Origin: a virus
DNA: 41,704 nucleotides
Virus record (IMG/VR): IMGVR_UViG_3300045988_041287
Span: 1-41,704 of that record
Reading direction: 5' to 3' (one strand)
Position 1 is the stretch's first letter. Every line of letters starts with the position of its first letter. A model generated the notes under the pieces. It saw nothing but the letters and a program-made list of their open reading frames with translations. It was not told the origin of the DNA and searched no databases. Shown here one piece after another: positions 1-6,666 of this stretch. The translations under genes and the position numbers were made by a program.

Positions 1-75
1 ATGTATGTCCGCCAATCCCGGCGTCTCGATCCAGCGCGGCAAAACCGCGCTCGACCCAACCGCCCGAAAAAAAAT
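1..75. repeat. Terminal direct repeat (left copy), identical to 41630-41704. Indicates a circular assembly overlap or terminal redundancy.
   Basis: Base-by-base comparison: atgtatgtccgccaatcccggcgtctcgatccagcgcggcaaaaccgcgctcgacccaaccgcccgaaaaaaaat is present at both ends. Confidence 0.95.
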
Positions 76-97
76 CTGATTTTTTGTAAATTACCCC

Positions 98-126
98 TTG
101 ACATTTGCGCTCATTGAGCGTATAAT
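98..126 (+). promoter_or_regulatory. Consensus sigma-A type promoter for the plus-strand early operon
   Basis: TTGACA (98-103), a 17-nt spacer, then TATAAT (121-126). It lies about 45 nt upstream of the AAGGAGG RBS and the ATG at 172. Confidence 0.8.
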
Positions 127-171
127 GTGACCATAAGATAAATCAAGCCGCAAGGCAAGGAGGATACAAAA

Positions 172-348
172 ATGAAAATGACCATCACGGAAGCCCTGGA
201 AAAGCTCGGCATAGAATTTATCGGCGACACCAACCGCATGACCACCGACGAGGTCCTCCGCTTTTTCGACCTCACCGTTGACGACGACGGCGAGATCATC
301 GACGCCGCCGGAAAAGCGACCGGCATCTGGTACGAGGAGATCATCTAA
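172..348 (+). CDS. Small acidic hypothetical protein, 58 aa (below the ORF-track cutoff)
   Basis: ATG at 172 preceded by AAGGAGG (157-163); TAA at 346-348. Translation: MKMTITEALEKLGIEFIGDTNRMTTDEVLRFFDLTVDDDGEIIDAAGKATGIWYEEII. Confidence 0.6.
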   Translation: MKMTITEALEKLGIEFIGDTNRMTTDEVLRFFDLTVDDDGEIIDAAGKATGIWYEEII

Positions 349-396
349 AGGTCTGAACACCGCCGCAGGAAGAATGCTAAATAAGGAGGAAACATC

Positions 397-795
397 ATGC
401 AAAATATCAATATCCGCTCCGCGTGGGGTGTGCCTACAAACGATGGTTTTAACCCAGAAACGTCCGGGAATGGCGGCGGCTACTGGCAGTATGCTGGCGG
501 CATCGTCGCCAAGGTCGGCGAGAAGTTCGTCGTCGCGGAGGTTGACGACGCCTCTTGCGGCGACTTTGGTAGCCGCATTTACGTATCCATCGCGTGCGAC
601 GGATACGAATGGCGCGTCAACATCGGCACGATGGACGACGCCTGTATCGACTCCCCGGAGGAGGCGGACGCAATTTTTGCGTCGATCTCCGGCGTCCTCG
701 GCATCGATGCCGATACTCTGATCGCTGCCGCTGAGGACGCGGCAAATCTCTGCGCGTGGCGCACGCAGCAAGACTATAAGGAGGATAAATCATGA
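397..795 (+). CDS. Hypothetical early protein, acidic, 132 aa
   Basis: ORF track; AAGGAGG RBS 6-12 nt upstream; 4-nt overlap with the next ORF. Confidence 0.7.
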   Translation: MQNINIRSAWGVPTNDGFNPETSGNGGGYWQYAGGIVAKVGEKFVVAEVDDASCGDFGSRIYVSIACDGYEWRVNIGTMDDACIDSPEEADAIFASISGVLGIDADTLIAAAEDAANLCAWRTQQDYKEDKS

Positions 796-1127
796 CTAAC
801 CAGCTCCGCCACACGCTCTACACGGAGGCTCACAACTACACCGACCCCGACGCCTACGTCTCCGCTCTCGCCCTGTCCTCTATGTGGGGCGACGCCGAGG
901 ACGCCGACTTCCCCGCCGATCGCATCGCGCTCCTGCGCCGCATCTGGGACGATGCGCACTGTACCGTCCGGGAGCTGATCGAGCGCTGCGGGCTGACGCA
1001 GAGCGCCTTTGCCCGACATTTTAACATCCCGCTCCGTACGGTACAGGGCTGGTGTCTTGGCGAGCGTGACTGCCCTCCGTACCTCATCACGATGGCAGCC
1101 GAGCTCCTGGCGCTGTATAGCGCATAA
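792..1127 (+). CDS. Helix-turn-helix DNA-binding protein (XRE/MqsA-like C-terminal HTH)
   Basis: The motif GLTQSAFARHFNIPLRTVQGWCLGERDCP is typical of an HTH followed by 'Q.WE.G.R.P'. The ORF is translationally coupled to 397-795. Confidence 0.6.
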   Translation: MTNQLRHTLYTEAHNYTDPDAYVSALALSSMWGDAEDADFPADRIALLRRIWDDAHCTVRELIERCGLTQSAFARHFNIPLRTVQGWCLGERDCPPYLITMAAELLALYSA

Positions 1128-1143
1128 TGCGTTCGGTTTTCCC

Positions 1144-1172
1144 GCCCGCCCCATAAGGGACGGGCATTTTTA
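1144..1172 (+). terminator. Rho-independent terminator at the convergence of the plus early operon and the minus operon
   Basis: Stem gcccgcccc/gggacgggc (8 of 9 pairs), loop ataa, followed by attttta. Confidence 0.55.
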
Positions 1173-1355
1173 TGCCCCTCGGAAGCTCTCCCGAACCTCC
1201 CCGCCGCGCGTCCGAAACGCCACAACGTGGAATCTCCCCGCCGGGTGCACATACGTCACCCGGCATCTTTGCGGCTTGTTTTTGATATTCGGCTTCTTGT
1301 CGTCGTCCTCGATCGTCTCCGGCGCTCTGCTCACGATGTCCCCGACCTTTAGCAT
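1170..1355 (-). CDS. Hypothetical protein, 61 aa
   Basis: ORF track; GGAGGAGG RBS 7 nt upstream of the ATG; last gene of the leftward operon. Confidence 0.6.
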   Translation of the reverse strand: MLKVGDIVSRAPETIEDDDKKPNIKNKPQRCRVTYVHPAGRFHVVAFRTRGGEVRESFRGA

Positions 1356-1582
1356 ACACGTTCCTCCTCCGTTTTCTCTAGTGCACCACTGTCTGGGATT
1401 TTCTCCCCACCGACCCGCTTGCCGCGCAGCCCGTTCGGCAGCTCCTCCAGCGGCAGCTCCCGCCTGCGCTTAAATTCTCCCGCATCAAAGCCGCAGCGCC
1501 TGCATTCCGCCCCGTTGGGCGATACATACGCGCACCCGCCCTTCAAGCAGTTCCCGCGTGCCCGCTCTTCAACGCCGCCCAT
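1349..1582 (-). CDS. Hypothetical Cys-containing protein, 77 aa
   Basis: ORF track; AGGAGGA RBS upstream of the ATG; overlaps both neighbours by a few nt. Confidence 0.55.
   Translation of the reverse strand: MGGVEERARGNCLKGGCAYVSPNGAECRRCGFDAGEFKRRRELPLEELPNGLRGKRVGGEKIPDSGALEKTEEERVC
1351..1386 (-). promoter_or_regulatory. Copy 1 of the GTGCACTAGAGA-N18-TAnnnT motif
   Basis: Minus strand: GTGCACTAGAGA (1386-1375), 18 nt, then TATGCT (1356-1351). The hexamer overlaps the ATG of the 61-aa ORF. Confidence 0.4.
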
Positions 1583-1753
1583 CTCGTCCTCCTGTAAAAG
1601 GCTTTTTCAGCCCCGGCTCTGTCCATTCCGCCGTTTCCTTCCCGATGTACTCGCAGTACGCACGTTCGATCTGTGCGCCCGCGCTGTCGCCCTTCGAAAT
1701 TTCGCCTGATACCCCTGATTGCCCGTGATCTTCCCGGCAATGTAAATCTTCAC
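1569..1753 (-). pseudogene. Remnant of a DUF4406-like (nucleoside 2-deoxyribosyltransferase-like) gene, with an internal deletion and frameshift
   Basis: GTG at 1753 (GTGA overlap with the upstream stop, GGAGGAG RBS) opens VKIYIAGKITGNQGYQAKF. This is the typical DUF4406 N-terminus. The typical C-terminus, SKGDSAGAQIERAYCEYIGKE, continues in a different frame down to 1569. The central ~60 aa are absent. Confidence 0.45.
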
Positions 1754-1986
1754 GGCTTCTCCTCCAAATCGCCCAGCAGTTCCACCGTGACCACAACGCG
1801 CCCCGCGAAGCCCCCGTTCCAGTCCTTTTTCGGCTTGAGCTTTTCCACTCCATCCATGACCGTTTTGATAATGTCCTGCGAGTTGCAGCTCAGGCAATCC
1901 TCCGTGTAAGACAGAACACCGCTCATTTCAATTCCCACGCGGGGACGCTGCTGATAAAGCCCCATCATATAGTTCTTTTCATCCAT
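1750..1986 (-). CDS. Hypothetical protein, 78 aa
   Basis: ORF-track frame trimmed to MDEKNY, which has a GGAGGT RBS and an ATGGATGA overlap with the upstream small ORF. Confidence 0.6.
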   Translation of the reverse strand: MDEKNYMMGLYQQRPRVGIEMSGVLSYTEDCLSCNSQDIIKTVMDGVEKLKPKKDWNGGFAGRVVVTVELLGDLEEKP

Positions 1987-2137
1987 CCCGTTTACCTCCG
2001 TCATTTTTACATGGAGAACAGAACAATCTATCAATCCAAGATACTTTCCCACTACCACCAGTAGCACATTTCTTCGACTGGCAAGTCTTATTCTCTTTGT
2101 TGTAGTAGATGCAGTCCTTACACGGATTTCGCATCAT
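1979..2137 (-). CDS. Cys-rich small protein, 52 aa, zinc-ribbon-like
   Basis: Manual translation: MMRNPCKDCIYYNKENKTCQSKKCATGGSGKVSWIDRLFCSPCKNDGGKRDG. GGAGGTGG RBS; CxxC...CxxC pattern. Confidence 0.5.
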   Translation of the reverse strand: MMRNPCKDCIYYNKENKTCQSKKCATGGSGKVSWIDRLFCSPCKNDGGKRDG

Positions 2138-2149
2138 TTCCACCTCCAT

Positions 2150-2251
2150 TCAACCCCAGCGGTCATCTTTCCAAATCAAAAACGCGCTATTCTGCTGGTA
2201 TACGGCATATACCCAGAAAACGCCGCCCGATAAAAGCTCAATCTCAAACAT
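2150..2251 (-). CDS. Possible 33-aa ORF (MFEIELLSGGVFWVYAVYQQNSAFLIWKDDRWG)
   Basis: ATGTTTGA start/stop overlap with the MazG-like frame. No other support. Confidence 0.3.
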   Translation of the reverse strand: MFEIELLSGGVFWVYAVYQQNSAFLIWKDDRWG

Positions 2252-2534
2252 TGTCGTTGCCTTCTATCCACCCGTCACGAATTAGCCGTTCATGCAGACG
2301 ATCAACCTTTTTCCACCGCCAAGTTGCAACATCGTAATGCAATTCGTAGAGTATCATCATCTGCTCCAGCATGATCTGCACGTCCGCGATCTCCTCGGCA
2401 ATGTGCTGCCTGTCTGTTTGACCTCTCAGGCTTTTGCACAGCTCTTTTTGCAGCTCGCTCAGTTCTTCGATTGCAATAACTCTTTGAATTTCACTGCCGC
2501 AGCACCCGCAGGAACGTTCTGTATTCCATCACAT
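2244..2534 (-). pseudogene. MazG-like all-alpha NTP pyrophosphohydrolase ORF with TGA as its second codon
   Basis: The frame encodes ...CCGSEIQRVIAIEELSELQKELCKSLRGQTDRQHIAEEIADVQIMLEQ... (EExxE and EExxD motifs). The only in-frame upstream start is ATG 2534-2532, and it is immediately followed by TGA 2531-2529. No ATG, GTG or TTG occurs between that stop and the first EExxE motif. Confidence 0.5.
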
Positions 2535-2871
2535 CCCGCAGCGGATCGTAGGATTCCTTGATCTCAATCAAATTGCGGATCTCCTCGGCATAAAACTGAT
2601 ACGCCGCCTGCCTTGCTACCATCTGCCACGCCGCTGCGCCCTTAAAATTTGCAAGCTCCTCTCTTGTGAAGTGGAAATCTTTGTTCAGCGTGACTACTTC
2701 TCTGTGCTCTGTGCTGCGCTTTGTGCAGCTCTCGCTCCACTGCTCCAGTATCTTCTCGTTTTCCTTTTCCGTTTCTCTCCTTCGCCTGTCGCAACCCCCG
2801 CGCACCACCCATCCGATCGCACCGCACACCAGCAGCGCGAGCACAAAAATCACCCAGTGCATCTCAATCAT
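2491..2871 (-). CDS. Membrane-anchored hypothetical protein, 126 aa
   Basis: Trimmed to MIEMHWVIFVLALLVCGAIGWVV (N-terminal TM helix). GGAGGG RBS; ATGA overlap with the upstream ORF. Confidence 0.6.
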   Translation of the reverse strand: MIEMHWVIFVLALLVCGAIGWVVRGGCDRRRRETEKENEKILEQWSESCTKRSTEHREVVTLNKDFHFTREELANFKGAAAWQMVARQAAYQFYAEEIRNLIEIKESYDPLRDVMEYRTFLRVLRQ

Positions 2872-3050
2872 TTTTCTGTCCCTCCATCCATCTTCGCACC
2901 GCAGTTGGGGCAGTAGAAAAAGCTGCTCCAGATCTCTGCTTTCAAAATCCGTTCCGCCTGCCACTTGGTCAGATGCGGCGCTCGCTTCTTCGGCGGCAGC
3001 TCGCCTTTTTCCGCCGCAATAGCGGTCGGGTTGTGCTTATGTTGCCCCAT
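2868..3050 (-). CDS. Small zinc-ribbon protein, 60 aa
   Basis: ORF track; C-terminal FYCPNCGAKM. Confidence 0.55.
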   Translation of the reverse strand: MGQHKHNPTAIAAEKGELPPKKRAPHLTKWQAERILKAEIWSSFFYCPNCGAKMDGGTEK

Positions 3051-3270
3051 CGGTTACCCTCCTGTTCCATGCCTCGGCGGCTTCATTTTTACAACTTTCA
3101 ATGTTTGCCAATGTGCGATTTTCTTCGCTAATGTTTGGACAATATCCAACAGTCCTTGCATCACAACTGCTGTCTTTGCACTGACACCAGATAGTAAAGC
3201 CACAGCTTTTATAAATTGCTTTAATTACCGCCTCCCCGCCGCAAAACGGGCACGGTTTCAGTTTAGCCAT
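3037..3270 (-). CDS. Lar-family restriction alleviation protein
   Basis: Trimmed to MAKLKPCPFCGGEAV...AAEAWNRR, which carries the hallmark LKPCPFCGG and C-terminal WNRR of the Lar family. 8-nt overlap with the upstream gene. Confidence 0.7.
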   Translation of the reverse strand: MAKLKPCPFCGGEAVIKAIYKSCGFTIWCQCKDSSCDARTVGYCPNISEENRTLANIESCKNEAAEAWNRRVTDGAT

Positions 3271-3454
3271 CCTTCTTGCCCTCCTCATCCTTGAGAATAA
3301 CCATCGCGGAGTAATAATGTTCGTAGTATCTGCCATCAATCGCAGAGCTGTACTTAATATCCACCACGCGTTCCGGCGGGAAGTTCTCGATAGCATCGTT
3401 GAGTAACGTCTCAAGGCTGCCGATGCGGTCGCTCTCGATCAGAATTACCTTCAC
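3263..3454 (-). CDS. Cse60-like small protein
   Basis: MKVILIESDRIGSLETLLNDAIENFPPERVVDIKYSSAI...YSAMVILKDE matches the Cse60 pattern (MKVK.FD....DLE..VN.FL......IDIKY). Confidence 0.5.
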   Translation of the reverse strand: MKVILIESDRIGSLETLLNDAIENFPPERVVDIKYSSAIDGRYYEHYYSAMVILKDEEGKKDG

Positions 3455-3837
3455 GCCTTGTCCTCCATTTCCTGCATCGCCCGCTCCGCCTCCTCGCGGG
3501 TCAAAAAAGTGTTCTTTCCGAATCTATCCGGGCTAAACGTGCGCTCATTCGTATGCCCTGTTTTATCGACGTGCTCACTGTGAACCCATGAGATACCTGT
3601 GTCATCCACCGCGTACCCTACCACCGCAAATTCTAGAATCTGCTTGGCGTTTACGAAATAAACCGTATCCCCCACCTTGCACGGCAGCGCCACCTCCGCA
3701 ACGTCGGCGGCAGGCATCCGCCTGATTTTATTTCTGATCTCGTCGAGCAGCCGGTTTTGCGCCGGGCTTCGGCACGCGCCGTATTGACTTGCCACTGCTT
3801 TCATCGCAGCGTCCCGCCGGATATATTCGTCAGCCAT
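3451..3837 (-). CDS. Hypothetical protein, paralogue A (shared C-terminal module LPCKV...FLTREEAERAM)
   Basis: ORF track; C-terminal similarity to the product of 3830-4285. Confidence 0.65.
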   Translation of the reverse strand: MADEYIRRDAAMKAVASQYGACRSPAQNRLLDEIRNKIRRMPAADVAEVALPCKVGDTVYFVNAKQILEFAVVGYAVDDTGISWVHSEHVDKTGHTNERTFSPDRFGKNTFLTREEAERAMQEMEDKA

Positions 3838-4285
3838 TCTTTCGCGCCTCCATCGCCCGCTCGGCTTCGGCGCGCGTCAAAAATATGCTCTTCCCGATTG
3901 CATTTTTATCGAAAGCCGGACCGCCTGCCGTCTCGTAGATGACCTCGCGCACCGTGTGCTCATACACCCTCGCCCCGTCAGTCTCGTACACCTTGCACGG
4001 CAGCACCACGACGCGCCCGTCCTTGTCAGCCGCAGCCAGCTCCCGCAGGCGCTCCGGCGTAGTCCCCAGCGCCTGCGCCGCCAGCTTGATAAGCGCGTCC
4101 GGCGTAAATGCGCTTTTGATTGCCTCCTGGCTAAATTCCTTGTCCTCGTAGGCAGCGAGCTTATCCACGGCTTCGCCCGCTCTCCAACAGGTAGTACATA
4201 TCCCATCACATTCATTTTCCCTCAGATCTACGCAAGCCAGATAAGCCTCGCCGTCATCAATTCGCCTTTTTGTCAGTCGTTCCAT
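3830..4285 (-). CDS. Hypothetical protein, paralogue B, with a Cys-rich N-terminus
   Basis: ORF track; the C-terminus VVLPCKVYE...IFLTRAEAERAM parallels 3451-3837. Confidence 0.65.
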   Translation of the reverse strand: MERLTKRRIDDGEAYLACVDLRENECDGICTTCWRAGEAVDKLAAYEDKEFSQEAIKSAFTPDALIKLAAQALGTTPERLRELAAADKDGRVVVLPCKVYETDGARVYEHTVREVIYETAGGPAFDKNAIGKSIFLTRAEAERAMEARKNG

Positions 4286-4719
4286 TACGTTTCTCCTTCC
4301 TCCGGCACTTCCGGCAGCGGCATCCAGTGCGTGACGGTGTGTCCTGTCGCGTCGTGCCAGAGCCTGTAATCATCATATCTTCGCCACGAATCCGCGCTTG
4401 TGCGGTAAGCCTCGCCGACAAACACGCCATCCGTAGCAATAACGCGCTTCCCTGCCGGAGCTCGTCTATCCGCGTCCTTCACGCTGATCCACTGCGCCAC
4501 CTTCTCCCGCAGCGCCGCATTCTCCGCCAGCAGCCGCTCGATCGCATCCGCTGCATCAGAAATGATCTGGTACACCTTGCACGATGCCCACCCGCGCAGC
4601 TTTTGCCATTCTTCAAGATTCTCCGTTGCCCAATACGAGCATTTCTTACATCCTTCGTTCACGGCTTTCTCATGTCTAGCCCGACACCGCAGCGCCTGCA
4701 CGATCTCTTTTTCCGTCAT
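4285..4719 (-). CDS. DUF551-domain protein
   Basis: Trimmed to MTEKEIVQAL. The C-terminus ...VTHWMPLPEVPE is the characteristic DUF551 ending. ATGA overlap with the methyltransferase stop. Confidence 0.65.
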   Translation of the reverse strand: MTEKEIVQALRCRARHEKAVNEGCKKCSYWATENLEEWQKLRGWASCKVYQIISDAADAIERLLAENAALREKVAQWISVKDADRRAPAGKRVIATDGVFVGEAYRTSADSWRRYDDYRLWHDATGHTVTHWMPLPEVPEEGET

Positions 4720-5454
4720 AACATTCCCTCCTCGCAAATATCCACGATATGCTCGCACAATGCCGCAGGAATTATGGAGCGTTCTTTGCTTCCGCGAAGC
4801 CCTTGCGTTCCTGTCTTTGCACCTCTTGGGGCTGGCGTATGACACGGGTCTCCATTGTGGCACATCGGCTTAAATTTAGGATCAGGATGATTCGTCCAGA
4901 TGTCCGTTGGTTTCATCCTGTTGTCTCCATACTGACAATAAGTCACCGTGTATCGTGGCAAATCTTGCATCCATTCCATTTTGCGCATCCCGCCACGCGG
5001 ATTTTCGATAAACCAGTATCTCGGATGCAGCTCACGAATAAGCCCTAAGACGTGCTGATCTACCTTGTCACAGAATTTCGCGTAGTCGCTTACCGCATCT
5101 AGATTCCCCGTTTTCGGATTCTTGCGCCTATGATGAGAAATGGCGGCGATAGAAAACGTTGTACAATCTGGGCTTGCCCAGATGACATCCGGCTTCCCGA
5201 ATCGTTTTAAAACATCCTCCGCTGTTACCGTCAATACATCGGCATACAAATCTATTCTCCGTCCCGTCCGTGAATAAATTCCTCCGCCGCTGCGTCAAAG
5301 ATATTACCCAGCCGCCACGCATAAATGCAGTTTCCTCAAAGTGCTTATCCCACTCCACAGAGAACACTTTGTGCCCTCGCGCAGCAAATGCCTTGCCGAT
5401 GCTTCTTGTTCCCGCAAACAGTTCGAGTACCTTGAGTTTTTTCTCGTTGTTCAC
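4716..5454 (-). pseudogene. DNA (cytosine-5) methyltransferase disrupted by a 76-bp insertion
   Basis: The N-terminal fragment (5454-5332) carries motif I (KVLELFAGTRSIG). The C-terminal fragment (5255-4716) carries ASPDCTTFS (the PC motif) and ENPRG. The two frames differ by 1 nt. Deleting 5256-5331 gives the continuous sequence ...VEWDKHFEEIDLYADVLTVTAEDV... Confidence 0.8.
5256..5331. repeat. 76-bp insert inside the methyltransferase, copied from the giant gene (21400-21459 joined to 21556-21571)
   Basis: Manual alignment shows 1 mismatch (5287 c vs 21431 t) and a gc microhomology at the internal junction. A 96-bp stretch of the giant gene is absent from this copy. Confidence 0.85.
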
Positions 5455-5654
5455 CGTATCCTCCCCACCTTCCGCATTTTATCCCGCTCCCGCACCCGCC
5501 GCTCCTGCGCGGGCGTCGTGCCGGTGTTGTTGCTGTGCACCGCATTGCGCGCATATTCCGCCATCTTGTGCTCCGCATATTCCAGATACGGCTCGCAGTC
5601 AAGCCGGCACGTCTCGCTGCGCCTCTCGCAGCTCTTCTTGCATGGGCATTTCAT
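5451..5654 (-). CDS. Cys-rich small protein, 67 aa
   Basis: ORF track; MKCPCKKSCERRSETCRLDCEPY; ATGA overlap with the methyltransferase start. Confidence 0.55.
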   Translation of the reverse strand: MKCPCKKSCERRSETCRLDCEPYLEYAEHKMAEYARNAVHSNNTGTTPAQERRVRERDKMRKVGRIR

Positions 5655-5799
5655 CGTCCGTTCCCTCCCAATATAGGCACACCGGGATCGTCTCCCGGTG
5701 CTCCGCCGCCAGATGGCAGAATGCCCCGACGCCGCGCTGCGCGCAGTTGCGGCAGCCGTCGTACCCGTCCGGCACGAGCCACCCGTTCACGTCCTTCAT
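5599..5799 (-). CDS. Hypothetical Cys-containing protein, 66 aa
   Basis: Frame trimmed to MKDVNGW, which has an ATGA overlap with the upstream ORF. Its 3' end overlaps the next gene by 56 nt. Confidence 0.45.
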   Translation of the reverse strand: MKDVNGWLVPDGYDGCRNCAQRGVGAFCHLAAEHRETIPVCLYWEGTDDEMPMQEELREAQRDVPA

Positions 5800-6023
5800 G
5801 CTCTGCACCGCCTCGCCGTGCACGCGCCGTAGCTGTCTACCCTGCTCCAGTCCAGTCCCCAGTGCTCCAGCGCCGCCTTGATCGCCGCCTGCGGGCTGGG
5901 GGCGCGAACGCGCAGGACTGTGTTCCCGCGCGTCACCCACCATTCTGCCTTGCCCTTGTACTCCCCGGCGCAGACGGTGTCCTCCTGCCGGCGGAAGCCG
6001 CCCGCCTGATACCCGGCGATCAT
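5796..6023 (-). CDS. Hypothetical protein, 75 aa
   Basis: Frame trimmed to MIAGYQ, which has an ATGA overlap with the stop of the 3D-domain gene. Confidence 0.5.
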   Translation of the reverse strand: MIAGYQAGGFRRQEDTVCAGEYKGKAEWWVTRGNTVLRVRAPSPQAAIKAALEHWGLDWSRVDSYGACTARRCRA

Positions 6024-6655
6024 TCCGTCCACCATACCGTCGCCTCCCGTGCGCCCAGCTTCAGCGCCTCCTCGTGCGTCGCAACAGCCAGATCGACGTG
6101 CCCGCCCAGCACGGCGCTGCCCGTATCCTCCGCGATGTAGCTGTGCAGGATACCGTCCCCATAATCGACATAAATCTCCGCCCCCAGCGGGATCACGTTG
6201 GGATCGACCGCCGCCGACCGCCCCGCCGTCACGTCCGTGCCCGTCGCGGTCTTTCCCGTCCCGCCGCCGCAGATGTGCGGACGCTTTTCGCAGCAGTAAT
6301 ATGTAATGGTGCAGTTATGGACCACGCCGTCAAACCCGCGCAGCTCGTCCAGATCGTTCCGCCCCGTCTCCGGGTATTCATTTTCCAGCGGCACGATCTC
6401 ATACTCCAGCTCCCGCGCGCCCCCGCCCGCTCCTGTAGGGGCGGACGCCTCTGTCCGCCCGTCGGCTTCCCCCTTGAGGGGGAAGCTGTCAGCCGTAGGC
6501 TGACTGATGAGGGTGGCGTTCTCGTCTCTGAGCTGCTTCGCGTTTGCCGCCGCCCGCGCCGTCCCCAGCACCAGCAGCTCAAGCACCGCCAGCGCCAGCA
6601 CCACCATCAGCACAAACTCGCCGACCACCCGCAGCGTCTCACGTCTCTTTCCCAT
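6020..6655 (-). CDS. 3D-domain (MltA/RlpA-like double-psi barrel) cell-wall protein with an N-terminal TM anchor
   Basis: Trimmed to MGKRRETLRVVGEFVLMVVLALAVLELLVLG. The C-terminus CTITYYC...ICGGGTGKTATGTDV..GRSAAVDPNVIPLGAEIYV...AEDTGSAV.GGHVDL is a typical 3D domain. Confidence 0.75.
   Translation of the reverse strand: MGKRRETLRVVGEFVLMVVLALAVLELLVLGTARAAANAKQLRDENATLISQPTADSFPLKGEADGRTEASAPTGAGGGARELEYEIVPLENEYPETGRNDLDELRGFDGVVHNCTITYYCCEKRPHICGGGTGKTATGTDVTAGRSAAVDPNVIPLGAEIYVDYGDGILHSYIAEDTGSAVLGGHVDLAVATHEEALKLGAREATVWWTE
6455..6545. repeat. GC-rich hairpin element (A-type) in frame inside the 3D-domain gene
   Basis: ggcttcccccttgagggggaagc and gtcagccgtaggctgac hairpins, followed by ctgatgaggg ... 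cgcgtttg. About 94% identical to 7809-7899. Translated as ANAKQLRDENATLISQPTADSFPLKGEADGR. Confidence 0.85.
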
Positions 6656-6666
6656 CGTTCTCTCCT

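Noticed and set aside
2529-2531. TGA recoding (code 4 or 25-like) to rescue the MazG-like ORF.
   Set aside because: TGA terminates many well-supported genes here, often in ATGA/GTGA coupling overlaps. Global reassignment is therefore implausible.
5256-5331. The 76-bp repeat pair (MTase insert versus giant gene) as a diversity-generating retroelement TR/VR pair. The single mismatch is A in the giant gene versus G in the copy on the coding strand.
   Set aside because: No reverse transcriptase is present anywhere in the genome. There is only one substitution. The copy sits in the middle of a methyltransferase and breaks its frame, rather than diversifying a C-terminal ligand-binding domain.
6500-6530. 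CTGATGAG inside the A-type hairpin elements (also at 7856 and 26114) looks like the hammerhead ribozyme core.
   Set aside because: There is no downstream GAAA box, no stem II/III arrangement and no cleavage-site UH context on either strand. The similarity is limited to one heptamer.
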